64,000 nucleotides of DNA from NCBI GenBank assembly GCA_964304625.1, contig OZ199839.1:7413979-7477978 (forward strand), read 5' to 3'. Position 1 is the first letter of the stretch. Each line of letters opens with the position of its first letter. The position numbers were made by a program, and so were the translations under genes. The notes under the pieces were generated by a model. It was not told the DNA's origin. It worked only from the letters and a program-made list of their open reading frames with translations, and made no database searches. The stretch comes from Kudoa neothunni (lineage: Eukaryota; Animalia; Cnidaria). Below, one piece after another: positions 12,603-26,601 of the stretch.

Positions 12603-13669
12603 AGCAGCTGCAATAATTGCCAGTAGTTTTTTATACATATGTAGATGACTTTTTTTGGCATAGCATACCTTCATTTTTTTGTATTTTTAGTAATGTGACA
12701 CAATAACTTTCTTTAAATAGCTTTAAAAATTATTGCGTTTTTTAACCAAACTCTTTATTGTGATATCTTATATGTTATAAAATAAATATTTAAAGTGGAA
12801 TGTTTAAAGATTCAAGAAAAGTTTACATCTAAATCATTAATGTTATGATTATCGCGCATATAATGCCCTAGAGAAATTTTTGAAATTAACAGATTTTTTA
12901 TTTTAATCAAGGAAAATTGAAAATAAGTAAATCACATTTGATTTAATGGTAAAAAGATTTAGTAATTAATGAAGTTAATAATAAATTAAAACGAAAGAAA
13001 TATAATTTCATTATATTTTAAATGTATGACGACAGTTAAATAGAGTCTTAAAAATTAATGAAACAAATATTGGCTATAACAGATAATTTAATATTATGAC
13101 TTAAAGTTTGATAAAGATGTAGTTTTAATATTACGTTAAGGAATCGTTTGCATTGAATCAAAATAATTAATTTTATGTATTTTTTAACGCCACTATGTGA
13201 TGTTAAAAGAACTTTAAAATATTTCAATTTGATTCTTAATAAGTAGAGAGTTTCTGAAATCGATATTAATTTATTCTTAACGTTGATCTTTTTTCGCATA
13301 AATTTAGGGGGTACTATTGATGAGAATTTGTTTCAGCTATAATACTTTAATGTCATCGGTATCTATGGTAAAATTTATAATTTTACTTTTTTGTGTACAA
13401 CACTTCAACATCCAAATGCTTGTAGCACATGCGCCAATATTAAATCACCAATTTTCTCAAATTTAGTGATTTTATGGTAATTAAAAACATCCAATCAGCG
13501 CATTTTATGTTTTAGGGTAATTTCAGTGATTTGGGCGCCATTTAAGATTATTTATGCGAAACCAAACGATTAAATTATTTGCTTGAGCTTATTCTCTATT
13601 TGGTTGTAAATTAAATAATTTACTAAATAGATGATACAAATGCTCGTTTTAGTTATCAATATTCTAGAT

Positions 13670-13839
13670 CAGGGGTTCCCAACTGGGAGTGGTCGCACCT
13701 TAGGGGACGCGAACTTTGGTCTCAGGTAGGTGGTGCGAGATTCGGTCAATATTGAAAATAATTTTTGATAAATTTTGAGTCATTTATACCTTATCGTATG
13801 AAAAGGGGGTGCGAGTCTAGTTTTAGTTGGGAAGCGCTG
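13670..13839. mobile_element. hAT-type MITE (170 bp)
   Basis: TIRs CAGGGGTTCCCAACT / AGTTGGGAAGCGCTG; decayed 8-bp flanks TTCTAGAT / TCCTAAAA; internal GGGG(T/A)(G)CG repeats. Confidence 0.65.
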
Positions 13840-14951
13840 TCCTAAAAGGCATGTATGCTTGCGCGTTCAAAATTTTTAACCTCAGCAACTCTTATTTACA
13901 AATTGTTTAAAGATTAATTTTTTATAATTACATATAGTCCAAACTAATGCCACCTGAATATTATTTACCACGCCAATAGCCACTTCAAAAAAAGGTGTAT
14001 TTTATGCGCTTGATTCTTTGATATAAAAATAAAGAACAAATGTTATAATTTCTCCGAACATCGTTGCAACAAACATTCGAGAATTATTTGTTACAAACGG
14101 AAACAAAAAATAACCAGTAAAAGTTAGTTACTTAGTTATATATTATATTTTTAATTATTAATTTTGAGACTTTTTAGGTTAGTTAAGGAATATATTAATT
14201 ATCAATCCATATTTTATTATGAATATCAGTTAGTTAATATTGTATTTTATAGCATTTTAAAAAATTTTATTAAAAAATTATTAGAATCGGTAAAATCAGA
14301 ATCATGTCGTTACAAGTGAACATAGGTATTTTCAGATATTATTATAATCTTGGTAAATTCTACTATCCTTTTTGTATCTAGATAATGTTGGGAAATGATC
14401 ATATGGCATATTAAATTATAATTTCATTAATATTTAAACACGTAAAATTAATAAATAAGTGTTCGGAAGGAATCGACTAACATCGCTGCACAAATAAATT
14501 ATGATTATTTCGTTATCGCTTGGGTAAAAAACTTTTTAAAATAATATAATAATATTTCATAATATTGTGCATCAAAATAAGAAATAAAAATCTTAGGTCC
14601 TCCCGGACCCCAAAACTGCTTGGTGTAAGCGTATAGTGGCTTTTAGCGCACTTGGAGGGTGAAAAAGCGTACGCAATTATAAGTATCCCAAGTTATTCAA
14701 AAATGCGCAAAAAATAAATTTGTGATTGTATGTCTTATTATGAGTTTTCGAATAAAACACGTCAATAAACTGCATTCTATGTTTATAAGATGATGTTAAA
14801 CATCATACGCAAAACAAACATAGTGTTAACGATAAAAATATAATACAAATTAAACTGTCATATCACCATAAATAGAGCTTTTTGTGAAATTTTAATGATT
14901 TCACTGTTGATAGGGATTTTTTCTACCTTATAAAAGAGTTACATCAGATGA

Positions 14952-17900
14952 TCAATAGGTCAGACTACTTGAGGAGTGATCCGTTGATGTCACAAACGAA
15001 TCTGGTCTGATGGTTTTTTGGGTATCACATGAGAACATGGCTAGATGAGGAAGACTCGTTTCTTTAGCAGAGTGAAATTTCATTGGGGATTTTACATCGA
15101 GTTCATTAGCAGTGGTAGAATTATCTTTGGACTTAACATTAGCCAAACGACCATCACTAACAAATGAAATATTTTCACGTAATCCACCGCGACCATTCTT
15201 CACAGTATCATTTTGAATATTGCGTTGTGATAAACACCCATTACCGGTGTTATCGTTAGATTTGGCAACAGTGTTAGGGACCGTAGTGGAAGGAGGATTC
15301 GTTACAGTAGGCACAATTTTACAATTGTTTAACAACAAAGTTTTCACATAGCGAGCCAAATTGGAATTGACATTATTATCGTTAGGATCGGAAGACATAT
15401 AACAAAGAGTGGATTGATTTGACTGACCGTTGGTGGTTGTGTTATTAGGTGCAACAGTTCCACTGACAAGGTTGTTACCATTTGGAAGTCTACCAGATAT
15501 TCTGGGAGCATTTAAAATGAGATTGTTGGGATGGAATAAGGAATTTTCTGCTTCTTTGGTATTTTCTGTCGAGGGAACCAATGATTCTTGGAATGGAGGA
15601 TCGCCCACGATTTCGAAACTATTTATAAAATCGACAATTTGTTGTTTCGGCATGGTCCAGATTGATTTAAGTGAATTGTTATTTTGCTGTTGGGCTAGCT
15701 GAGAAATAGAGTCCACATTATTCTTATAGAAATGATGTTGACGCTGAATTTTTTGAATAATTCTGGCGGCCTGAATACGATGCAAGAATAAAATTAACGA
15801 TTCCTCTTTTTCATCTAATTTGACCGCACATTTTTGATTTTTGAGATAAGAAACCACCAAGTGTTGGTGATGGTCGCTCAAATGGCACATCACATAAGGA
15901 AAAAGTTTCACATAATTGGTTATTGGAATGATATTCTTTTCGCGCATCTAAAACAGCAATCAACAAATAACAACTACTACTACCTATGACAATATACCTC
16001 ATTCGAGTCGAGAAGATGTCTAATTCGACTCAAGTTATGAGCTAAAATATCTTGAGTTGGTATTGAGGGATTACAGCGTGGGTCAATTAGCATAGGGACC
16101 TCCTTCAAATAAACAATATTCGAAGGGTTGGTTTTAATAACCACTGGGCTTGAGGGAAGATTTACTGAAGCGTTAGCATTGGCAGCTAATGAAGCAACGC
16201 CGGATCCGTTTTCGTTTCCGTAAACAGGTGGGCCGGCTAATAAAACATTTTTCAGTGGGTTGTAAGTAATACCAGCATCCGATCTTTCCAGAGTAGATGA
16301 AGGCATGGTTACTCTAGGCTGCTGAAGCTGTTGAGATTGATTTCCCATAAACGAGTGGTTACTGGAGGGGTCTAAATAAAAAAAGTTCCAACCTACCAAG
16401 ATATTTAGCAAGACGGGAGATTACTTATTGTTGGATTATGAATTAAAGTCGACATTGGACCATTTTGATTTAAAGTAAACTTTACAGAGGGAACACGACG
16501 ATCATCCAACTTCATTGCAGTAGGATGCCGATCGTTATGATGACTATTTACAGAAGATGTTGATTTGAGAGTTGGATTATTAGGAAATGTCGAAGTGATA
16601 TTCGATCTATAATGTAGATTTGAAGAGGGTTGAAATAAACTGGGGTCTTTCTGAGCTACGAACAAATTTCGATTGGCTATATTGGAAATATCCACATTAA
16701 CCACCGCCGGAGGAGTAGAAATATTTGTTTGGGTGGTTGTAGAGTAATTTTGATGATAGTTGTTACCACTAGATGATGTATTATCGTTCATTGTGGCGTT
16801 AGAAGTATTGGTAGTTGTTGAAATGGAAATTGGGCGTATGTAATTAGGTTTCTGCATTGCAGGTACACATCGTTGTGTATCCATTGTGGAAGTGATGCGA
16901 TTGGTTGTTTGGTAAGAAGAACGATTGGCGACATCATGAGGTTGGTAGCAAAGTCGTTCCCGAATTTGTTTGCAAAATACCACTCGACAATTAGAGGTGC
17001 GACACACACGAGCATGGGGAATGCAAAGAGTCATGAGCGAGTAACAAACGGGACATTTGAAACGGTCAGGATAATTACATCCGCTGCAGTGATTGATCGC
17101 AATACGCATACGTTGACATTTTTCATTTGTAGGGCATTGTTCATAAATACTTTCCACGGGGCAGGTGGAACAATGCAACATGATATCGAGCAGCTCCTGG
17201 GCTACTTCAAGGTTGGTCTGTTGTGAAATCGCGTCAACATTTGGGTGATTGTTTGTGGAAAGAGGCTTACTGGCCATACTGTGCCCAATATTAGTAGACA
17301 AATTTAACGGAGGGTTGTTGTTGTTATTGTTATTGTTAGTGACACAACCTGCTGTATTAGATGAAGTAGCAACATTAAGACGAGATTGATACTCTTGATG
17401 TAGTTGTTGTTGCTTCATAGTTTGAGGTGAAAGCAAGTTCGCATGATTAAAGTTGACAAGATTGATAGCGGTGGGATTGTTGGCTCCATCCACTTCAACC
17501 ATTTGATGTTCATGTCCGTACACATAGAAGCATTTGTAGCAAAGATCGAAATCTGGACAGACAGTACAATGGTATTTGTTGAAGAGATGACATTTGCAGT
17601 TGTTACAAGTGAAAATGAAACGATCTCCAAACTGAATATGGAGTTCAACTAGGAATCCAAGAGTGGTGAATTTGGTACGCAGTAAAGTGCTGAATTCCCA
17701 TTTTCGTTCGCGACACAACTGTAAAAATCCGCTTCTTCCATCAGTCAGTTCGGACTGGATTTGAGGGTCGGGTTCTTTTTGCACAATCACACCACTGTTA
17801 GAGTAATTGTTGCCACCACCACAATTATTGTTGTTTAGACGGCACACAAAAAATACATCTTTGAACCGTTCTAGCAAGTTAAAGAGACGTTGTTCCACTG

Positions 17901-20900
17901 TGAGGAATTCAGGAACGGCGGTTTCGGCTCGCTTTTTCTGTTGAATAGACTTGGATCGTTTTTGACGTTGAGATGATTTAGAAGATCGTTTCTTTTTTGT
18001 GGATTTGGATGGTTTGTTGTGGTTGACTAATGATGAGCCGTCGCTGTTACCTACGTTATCAGCGGTAGTCGAAATGTTGGAATCATCATCGTGTGCAGTC
18101 ATTGCAATAACATCATCGGTGTGAGCAGTTTCCTCTTCAGTGTCTTCATTGTCATAATTTTGCATGAGCATGGCGCGGCCCCGTCTCAGTGACGCAGCGG
18201 CAGTATTCACAGTTGCATTAACAGTACCGTCAGGATTTTTCTCAGCTTTCACCTCATTAATGATATCTTCAAAAGCGTTAGGCCAATAGTCACCTTCGAA
18301 ATAGGGTATGAGTGTGAGTTGAGACTTTTTCTCGGAGACAATGTATTTATGCAGATCCTTGATTTTGGTGAAAATTTTTAACTTGACACACTCGTCCAAC
18401 AGTTTGCGATACCAATCAACAAGACGCTTATGTTTAGGCACTCGTTGTTCAGCGGGATGGCAATGGAAGATGTAGTCGTCACCTTCACAAGGCGGGCATG
18501 CCCATAAATGTACATAACTAAAGCCACGACGTCTCACAAATTCAAAATATGCAGTGAGGATGGTGAAGTAGACTTCGGTTTTTAGGTGTTTTGGCTGAAA
18601 GAAATGAACACTATCCAAGTAGCTCAAGTAGGCTCGTCCTCGATTAGGTTCTGGAGAATCACTGTCAAACTCTTGAACATGCATGCCGAAGAAACAAATT
18701 TCACTGTTATCGTTGAGCTTTTGAAAAGCAAACAACGCTTTAGAATGGTACACAAATTCTGGTGGATATTTGTCAACAAAGTATTCGTTGATCACATCGG
18801 ATGTTTTCAATTTTTTTAAGTTGTTATACACCTGACGAATTCGAACAGGTTGGATTTGTTGCCCAAGTTTTTTGATCAACATCTCATTCAAGCGTTGCTC
18901 AATAAATGAAGATAAATGGGTTTCCTTAAGCCTGTCGGAAGTGTAACGATTGTATTTGGGAAGCGGTGGTATCTTTTCCAAACATTCATCACAATAATAG
19001 TAGATACCGTCGATTTCGGCGGTGTGTTGTTTGCAGATTTGATGAGCTCGCCTGTTGCATTTTCTACATTCGACAAAATTTTCCATAAACACTTTAGAGT
19101 TGGTCTCTCTAACGAAGGCGGTTTTTTCAACTGCCTTTGTCTTAGAGGTTGATCCGCTGGCAGAAGAAGTAGAAATTTTAGTTTCATTAATTTCTTGTGG
19201 CGTATTACTGGTCTCAGCTGGTTGTTGGCTTTCAATCTTGACAGTGCTTTCATTTGTTATGGTATCCTCTTCTTCCTCATCAATCGCTATGGTGATCGTG
19301 TCACCTGATATGGAATTGAAACAACGTTCACAATAGATATAATAGTTCTGATAGACGTAGTAGATAGCTTCTCGATGGATCACGCAATAATCTTTGCCCA
19401 TACAGAACAATGGCTGTGGAGTTAGAACACGCCGATGAGAGCAGCACAATTTCAGTGTTTTAATAATTGGATCCACCTTCTCCAAAAACATATCCTTGAG
19501 GCGTGTGGCAATCTTGAACACTCGAGTGGTACGACGATTGTAGAACCATGCATTTTTGAAGGTTTGCCAAATGTCGTGAATAACCTCCCAGGGGTCGACA
19601 TAGAATCGTTCCTTCAGTCGAGTGATAATAGTGTACAAATCCATAGGATGGGTGATAAGATCGTAATAATCGTAAATCATGAAATACACAGGATCGACAG
19701 GAGCATGGAATGGTATTCCATCCGGCGAATTGAATATTTCTTGAAGCAGTGGTAGGAAAATATCGCAAATTTTTTTGGGTGGGAAAATTTGGGTAGGGGT
19801 GAACTTGAACATATTCTCATAACCATACGAGAGATCTCTAACATTGCCATTGTTAGTGTTGTTGCCATTATGTGTTAGTAACGATTCTCGATTGTGTAAC
19901 TGATCGAATGCTGATGGGTTGGTTTGATAGCCAATAAACCTAGTCGACAAACCGATCACGCAAGTTTGTGACATAGTCTGTTTGAGTTCTTCCAAAGGAC
20001 TGATTTTTGTTTTGATCATGATTTGAGAGAAAAACTGGAACATAAGACCAATGTTGGAAATCGATTGTAGATAAATGTCCTAGATTAAAATTCAACAAAT
20101 TAGTAAAAATTCTTCATTAAATATATTTTTAATTGAATCTTAAAAATACTTTGTTGTGTGAGTGGCGATAGAGGGTATTTTCAAAATTGGTGCACTCCAA
20201 CAACAAATTACCATTGTTGTTGATGACATCCAACTTTTTCTTATTTACATTGCTTATACTAAATGATGTGTTTTTTAGAAAATGGGAAACGCCAAAAATA
20301 AACTACATATCATTGAGAATTTTGCTTCGATCCACCGACGCCAACACTTTATTATTTTGTTCGGCGTAGGAATTTTTGTCGATGCAGAGATAGTCGTTTA
20401 GAATGTGGTTTCTAATAGTAGGTATCAATGTTAACATTGAGCATGTATTTAAAAAAAGTGATTACAATATTTTACGCGCAGATGACACATTAAAATCATC
20501 GTTCCGTATTGAAATACATGGTGCAGAAAAGGCATTCTTAAGAATGGCAACGAGCTTAATGCTTGATTGTTCTTGTGAGTAGAGAAAACTCTTGCAATAT
20601 TCAACGGTTCCAATGGGAAGTTTGGGACAGAACTGGCATTGGGGTTTTGAGCATGTGACAATATGGTGGAGAACCAATCTCGAGGAGAAACAGTACACAT
20701 CTAATCAATTCAATTAATAACACTCAAATAATATAATAAAATGCAGCAATTAGATTTTATAGATTAATATACGTTTTAATAGGTTTTAAGAGTGAAATTT
20801 AATTGTAATTCTATAGACAATCGCGAATAATTTGAATACAAAATTTAACATTAATCCTAATACAGTTGGCAATCGATTTTACACACTTTAGTCTCGATCT

Positions 20901-22743
20901 AGAAGGAATTGTGAGAAATTGGTTTCCTACTGTATAACTTAAATTATTATAAACATTTTTTGATTCCAGTCAGTGACCGGTTTTACGTGCTCCCCCTTCG
21001 AGATAGTGGGAAAAATGTGTGTGAAATTGGTAACGACTAGTTTTACGCACTTATTAGCATGTGCATATAATAATATACGTAACTATTTATTTAATATAAT
21101 TGGATTGCATACTTTTAAGAAACAAATAATTTTTTTAACTTCAAAATAAAATAATTAGTTATTTTGATCATAAAAAGTGCATCCAAATATTTTGAAATAT
21201 AGCCTCCACCCTCGCGAGCATGATAGATCGTTCTTTTTTTCAAACTTGAATAAATTTTTAGATTCATTTTAATAAATTCGCAAAAGAAAACAATAATAAA
21301 TTTGTGTTCAGTCATTTAAACAATTTTATTTTTGTTTTTTAAGGTGCCATATAGGTTGGATATAAAGGATATGTTTGGTGCTTTATGGTAACAAATTCGG
21401 CATCTGTTGGGGAGATATTGTAGATGTATTTCATTATTTTATGTTTCGATTTTATTTTGTTCATATCATTTAATTCCTTTGAACATTAAACAAAATTCAT
21501 CTATTTTTTTAAAACGTTCCGAAAAAGGTGCATAATGCCAGTCACTGACTACTATATAATCATTATAAAATAACATAATTTTTTACATAGCTATTGTATG
21601 TATGTATATATAATTGAATTTAGATATCAAACATACTTTAATATAATTTATACTAAAATTAGGGTATTCAACAAGTAATTAAGAAACAAAAGCACCCCCG
21701 CCTTACACATAGTATCTATTCTCTACCGATTTTAACACCTACAGTGATTAAACAATATCAAAAGAGAAAAACTATAGCAATCAATAAGGAATTATCTACC
21801 CCCTTAAGAAACTTAATACTTTAGACCACATTTATAAACTAAATTAAGTTGAGTTTATACACTAGTAAAATAATTTTCGGACAAAAATATAATAAAATAT
21901 TGAAATTTAAACGCATAGTTGAGTAATACGAGTTCTCGTTTTTTCATACAGAATTGACCTTAAAATCGTACGCAGGTACTATTAAATTTGTATGTACGGT
22001 TGAAAAAAACCTTCATGATATGCTTATAATAATTGAGAAATAATATTCGTTCAAAATATTTGGAGTTAACAGCAGAGAAATAACAGCCGAACCATTAAAA
22101 ATTTTGCTGTTGTATTCACATTAAGTATAAATGATATTCTATCCAAGAAATGATAAATTATGGAATTGGGTGAAGGCGGAGCTGTAAATATTAGAGACAT
22201 GAGAACAATGGACCAAGTCGACAAAAAATTTACGAATGTATTATTTGATTGAGGTCGAATATTTAGAATTGAGTAGAAAATTATGAAAAACGTCAATGAT
22301 GTTAGCTATGTTTGGTTTTAGGTGTTTAAAGAACAGCTTATTCTGCGTAGATTTAACTTTTGAAGTGATCTGAAAATCGTCGAGGAATACACATCTAAAA
22401 ATTACTCTGAAAAATTCTAAACTCAAGATAACTCAAGATGAGGTTGAATTTTAACTTGGACAAAATTATGATTCCATTTTGGTGTAATTTTCTATATAAC
22501 AAATATTAAAAGGGGAGAAAGAGATTCTTCGGTTGAACATGACGATTTTCAACTACTTAAACATTGTTCAAGTGTCACTTTTGGGATTTGTGAATATCAT
22601 AGCAAAGACGATGAGAAATTAGTTTTTATTATTTAGAAATATCTTAATTACAAAAACCATTTAAATGTTTCAAATGTGTAAAAGGGATTAAAAAAGATTC
22701 TATTTATTTCGAATAGTACACTTAAACTTAGAAGATTTGTTTA

Positions 22744-22784
<41 letters not shown>

Positions 22785-25287
22785 AAGTGTAAAAAATAAG
22801 TTAAATTAATAGATGATTTCTAGAGTAAATTATTACAATAATAATCAAAGAAACCCGGATTTTGAATACACACACGCGCTAACAGTGCATATTATCCAAC
22901 GTTGATGATTAATTCGAACATTTTTTCCGGTCCCCCAGGGATTACGTATTATCCAACATAAATATTTAACAACAGTTGAATTTAACAATAAAATCTCTAA
23001 GACGGGTGCAAATAAATTGGGATTTTTAATAACCAATAGACATTTTTCAATTATATTCTACTCAAAATAGACAAAAAGATAATGAAAAAATAACGTGTGT
23101 CACGTGATTAATTTTCTCCGAATTCCCATTATTTTGGAAACTTAATAATTACAATATGCCTGTTTATTATAAAAAAATTTATTTTTATAATAAATAGGTA
23201 TAGATAATTTTGGATTTAATAGAAATTTCGAACGAAGAAGAATATTTATGAAGGAAAGGCTAACATTAATACAATCTATTTAATTAAAATAAATGGAAGA
23301 TACAACTTATAACATTCAATTCGAGATATTTATTCATGATTGGGGTTATTTGAATAGCAAAATTTAATCCCAACCCTCACATGCGCTCAAAAACATTTAG
23401 CATTTTTACATCCCAGCTATATACAGATTTAATCTGTTAGAATCTGTAGTATTTAATTATTTCTAACCCACCTCTTCGCTCGTAGAGATAAGAATAATTA
23501 AAGGGGGTCAGTCAAAATTAGCGACACTTGAGTATTATCTACTATATAAATAGCCAATTTCATTCTAAAATGATAACACCTACATTATACAACATTATTT
23601 CATCAAAACCATATAAAGTAGAATTTCTCCATAGATAATACAACATAATACTAGAGTCGCCAGGACAATTTAAATTTGTTGTTAATCGATTAAATTTAGC
23701 AATGAGAACGAACCACAAATTCATATAATTATGTTTAACAATATAAACCTAGGATTGGATTATCATTTTAAAACCCCCCGGAATATTTAGCTTAAAGAAG
23801 AGTTCACGCTACGTTGTAAATTATAATTTGACCGTTAATTCATAATTAATGATTTGAAACAAGTAATTACTTTTACACTTATACAAAAAACACTGCTTCA
23901 GATGAAGTACGATAGCTTGATAACCAACACATAATCGGTTCATACACACTTGAGGCACTCGACATCTAACACCAATTCGTACAACAATACAAAACTCAAA
24001 ATGGAACAATCAAACGCTTACATTTTCGAATGAAGAAATAGAATCAACATCTGCGAATAGAATGATAGCTCGAATGAGGTGAATTCATGATAGTAGTACA
24101 CGAATGGGGAAATAAGTTTGTAATCGGGTTTCACATTGTCACTTTGTTCGTATGAGACTGGGGTGAATCGATTGTCGATAACTCTACCGGGAAATATTGT
24201 GTATTGTAGAGCGAACAATCTTAGAATTGAAGGGTATTCGACAGGTTTAGGTTGTTCGTTAGGATGTTTTTCGGCAAAGTCGCACAGCATTGTCCCGTTG
24301 TTGTTGCTGTTGCCGTTGCTGCCACCACCATCAACTTCATAGGCGTTGGGATCCAATGAATAACTGTTGTTGTTGTTGTTATTATTATTATTATTGTAAG
24401 GGAATGTGGGATTATTGTTGGACGTGGAATTACAACCGTCAACTAGAACAACAGTGGAGAGATCGATATCACTTCGGAATGGTCTTAACAAAACAGAGTT
24501 AATAATGGGTTTATTGGTAGCGTTATTGCTATGAGTGATAATTGTGAGGCGTGTGAACAGTTGTGAAATACCGATTTGTTAATGAATCAACTCTAGGGTG
24601 GGATACATCGTTGTGGAAATTGGCATCATTTGAAACCAGCGCTGAATTATCATCCAGTATCATTGAATTCGAATGATGAAACGAATTTGTGGATAACCGA
24701 TTTTCGCATCCCGTATAACTACTACCAGTCGAATTGACCTCGTTGAATTGAACATCTAACTCTGTTAGAGTAACATAACAACACGCTCCACCTAAAAGAA
24801 ACACATACCTGGTTCACGATCAGAACTAGAATCTGATTGAAGGTAAGCCGAACGTCTTTTACGCAATCTATAATGAGACGAAACAGACCCCTTTTTCATA
24901 CCTAAATCATTCGTCAATTACCCACCGTTGACAAGAATGAATGTGATAGGGTTGATTATGAAAAACTTCGACGTACTTTCACTGCCACTGAAATTGTTAT
25001 TGATGTTGCTACTGATGCCGCTATTGATTGAGTCAAGTTTTTTCTCCGATGGTGGAGATATTTCATTGCTGACGCTGTTATCAATGATTTCAGGCTCAAT
25101 TTTTGGGGCCACTTCATCCACTGCACCTAACAATAAACAAAACAATCAATCACTATCACCTACAAACACTATAAGCTAGGTGGTAAACACAATTGCTCAA
25201 TTTGAGTGTAGTTGTTGTCTAATTATTACTGGTTGTAGAAGTGGTCTCATATTTGGCTCCAGGTGGTGGCGTTGAGCTGTTGTCCAT
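14952..25287 (-). CDS. CBP: CREB-binding protein / p300 histone acetyltransferase (multi-exon)
   Basis: Domains in order: TAZ1 (QMLILFLHSKM..CMNRLC..HLKQC..YCFSSRLVLHH..C), KIX-like (ECTNFENTLYRHSHNKDIY), bromodomain (PFHAPVDP..DYYDLITHPMDL..NAWFYNR), RING/PHD, HAT (YLSYLDSVHFF, HLWACPP, DDYIFHCHP, PYFEGDYWP), ZZ, TAZ2. The junctions traced splice in frame; the 5' ATG at 25287 is inferred; large intron 20701-23870. Confidence 0.95.
20967..21551. mobile_element. MITE in CBP intron
   Basis: Inverted ends CAGTCAGTGACCGG / CCAGTCACTGACTA (12/14 match). No TSD recognised, so the superfamily is unassigned. Confidence 0.5.
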
Positions 25288-26553
25288 TGTAGGAAGGAAT
25301 AGAGGTAAGAGCAAGCAATAGAAGATAAGCGTTGGTAGGCAATTTTTTCTGGTTTAAAACAGTGCAACTATTATCATCGTTTACCAACTATGTACAACCA
25401 CATTCAATGTGTACTTGTTGTTCGATAGTGTCGCCGTTATGAGTATTGCTCCGGAAAGGTTGTACAGAGGGCGCTATTCTACACTAGTCTAATCTCGGCG
25501 TGACGAATCACTTGATTCTTCTCCAGAAACTACACTTTTATACACAGTTTATTTGTAGGTTAGCAAGCCCAAAAATGGTAGGCGGCGTTTAGAAAAATCA
25601 ATTAAGTTTGAGTGTATCACTACAAAGTCAAAAACAACCTCGCTTAGCTATAAGAGAGCGAAGTCACTAATAATACTAGTCTTTATTTAGCTTATCCAAT
25701 GCGCGGGCATGACTTTTTATATCTCAATTAGCAACTCATAGTGTATTTGTAAACTCACTATTGAAATTTGAATGAGTTGGATAGACGATTCGCTGCACTC
25801 ACATGTGGTTACCTTTGATAACCACCTCACACTTTGTTGCATTGTATTCATGAAGGATTAATACCCAACATAATACCCTTTTATTAACTACCAACGGGAT
25901 TACTAGGCTAATCATCTACAACAACCTACTACAACCATAGAAATTTATTTATTGAGAGTTTAACAACTCATTAACGCTTTTATTAATGAATTGAAAGGCT
26001 GATAATTCATAAAACCCAATTACAAGATAATCGGGTGCTGTAAACAAGCAATTACTCAATCGTTAATAATACACACTTAGCCGGGTTGCCCTTAGTGAGT
26101 TGCTACATCAATTAATAACCCAGCCAATCCTACTACATGCGATAAATCTAGTCTATATTGGTGGCTGTATAATCGCGGAGACCTTTGTTGAGAATGTTTA
26201 TCGATTTACAATACCCAATCAATAACGACTTAATCAATCGTGAGACTTTACCCACCATCGTGTGATTAGTTGCGAACCGTTAGAGAAAGATGTAACCACC
26301 TACGAACATGGGTGGATTCGCCCGAAAAGACTAGCGTTATTGTTGTAGCGCTATTCAATGTGGTGATTAATAGGATATCGGTCATAGCAGTTTTAAAATG
26401 CTTCGTTCAAATGTATCAAACTTTGTGTTGACACTTGAATAGGGCTATGTTAGACAAAAATTCTATTAAACCCTCAAAGCCGTTTATCCATTAGCGTCTG
26501 GCCGGACGAAACAAAAGAAGCGTCTTTATTAGCACAGATATTTTCAATCTTAA

Positions 26554-26601
26554 GTGGCATTTGTGGCATTTGTAGCATTTGCAGCATTTGCAGCATTTGT
26601 G
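26554..26601. repeat. 9-bp tandem repeat G(T/C)(G/A)GCATTT x5
   Basis: gtggcattt gtggcattt gtagcattt gcagcattt gcagcattt gtg. Confidence 0.9.

Noticed and set aside
14590-14680. GC-rich multi-hairpin patch between REV3 and CBP
   Set aside because: Stems are only 4-6 bp, and CCCGGACCCC is typical of transposon subterminal sequence. No RNA family signature.
15430-25179. Numerous + strand and alternative-frame ORFs overlapping CBP
   Set aside because: Shadows of the GC-richer CBP coding sequence, with no independent motifs.
26554-26601. CRISPR-like array
   Set aside because: A contiguous 9-mer tandem repeat without spacers, in a eukaryotic context.
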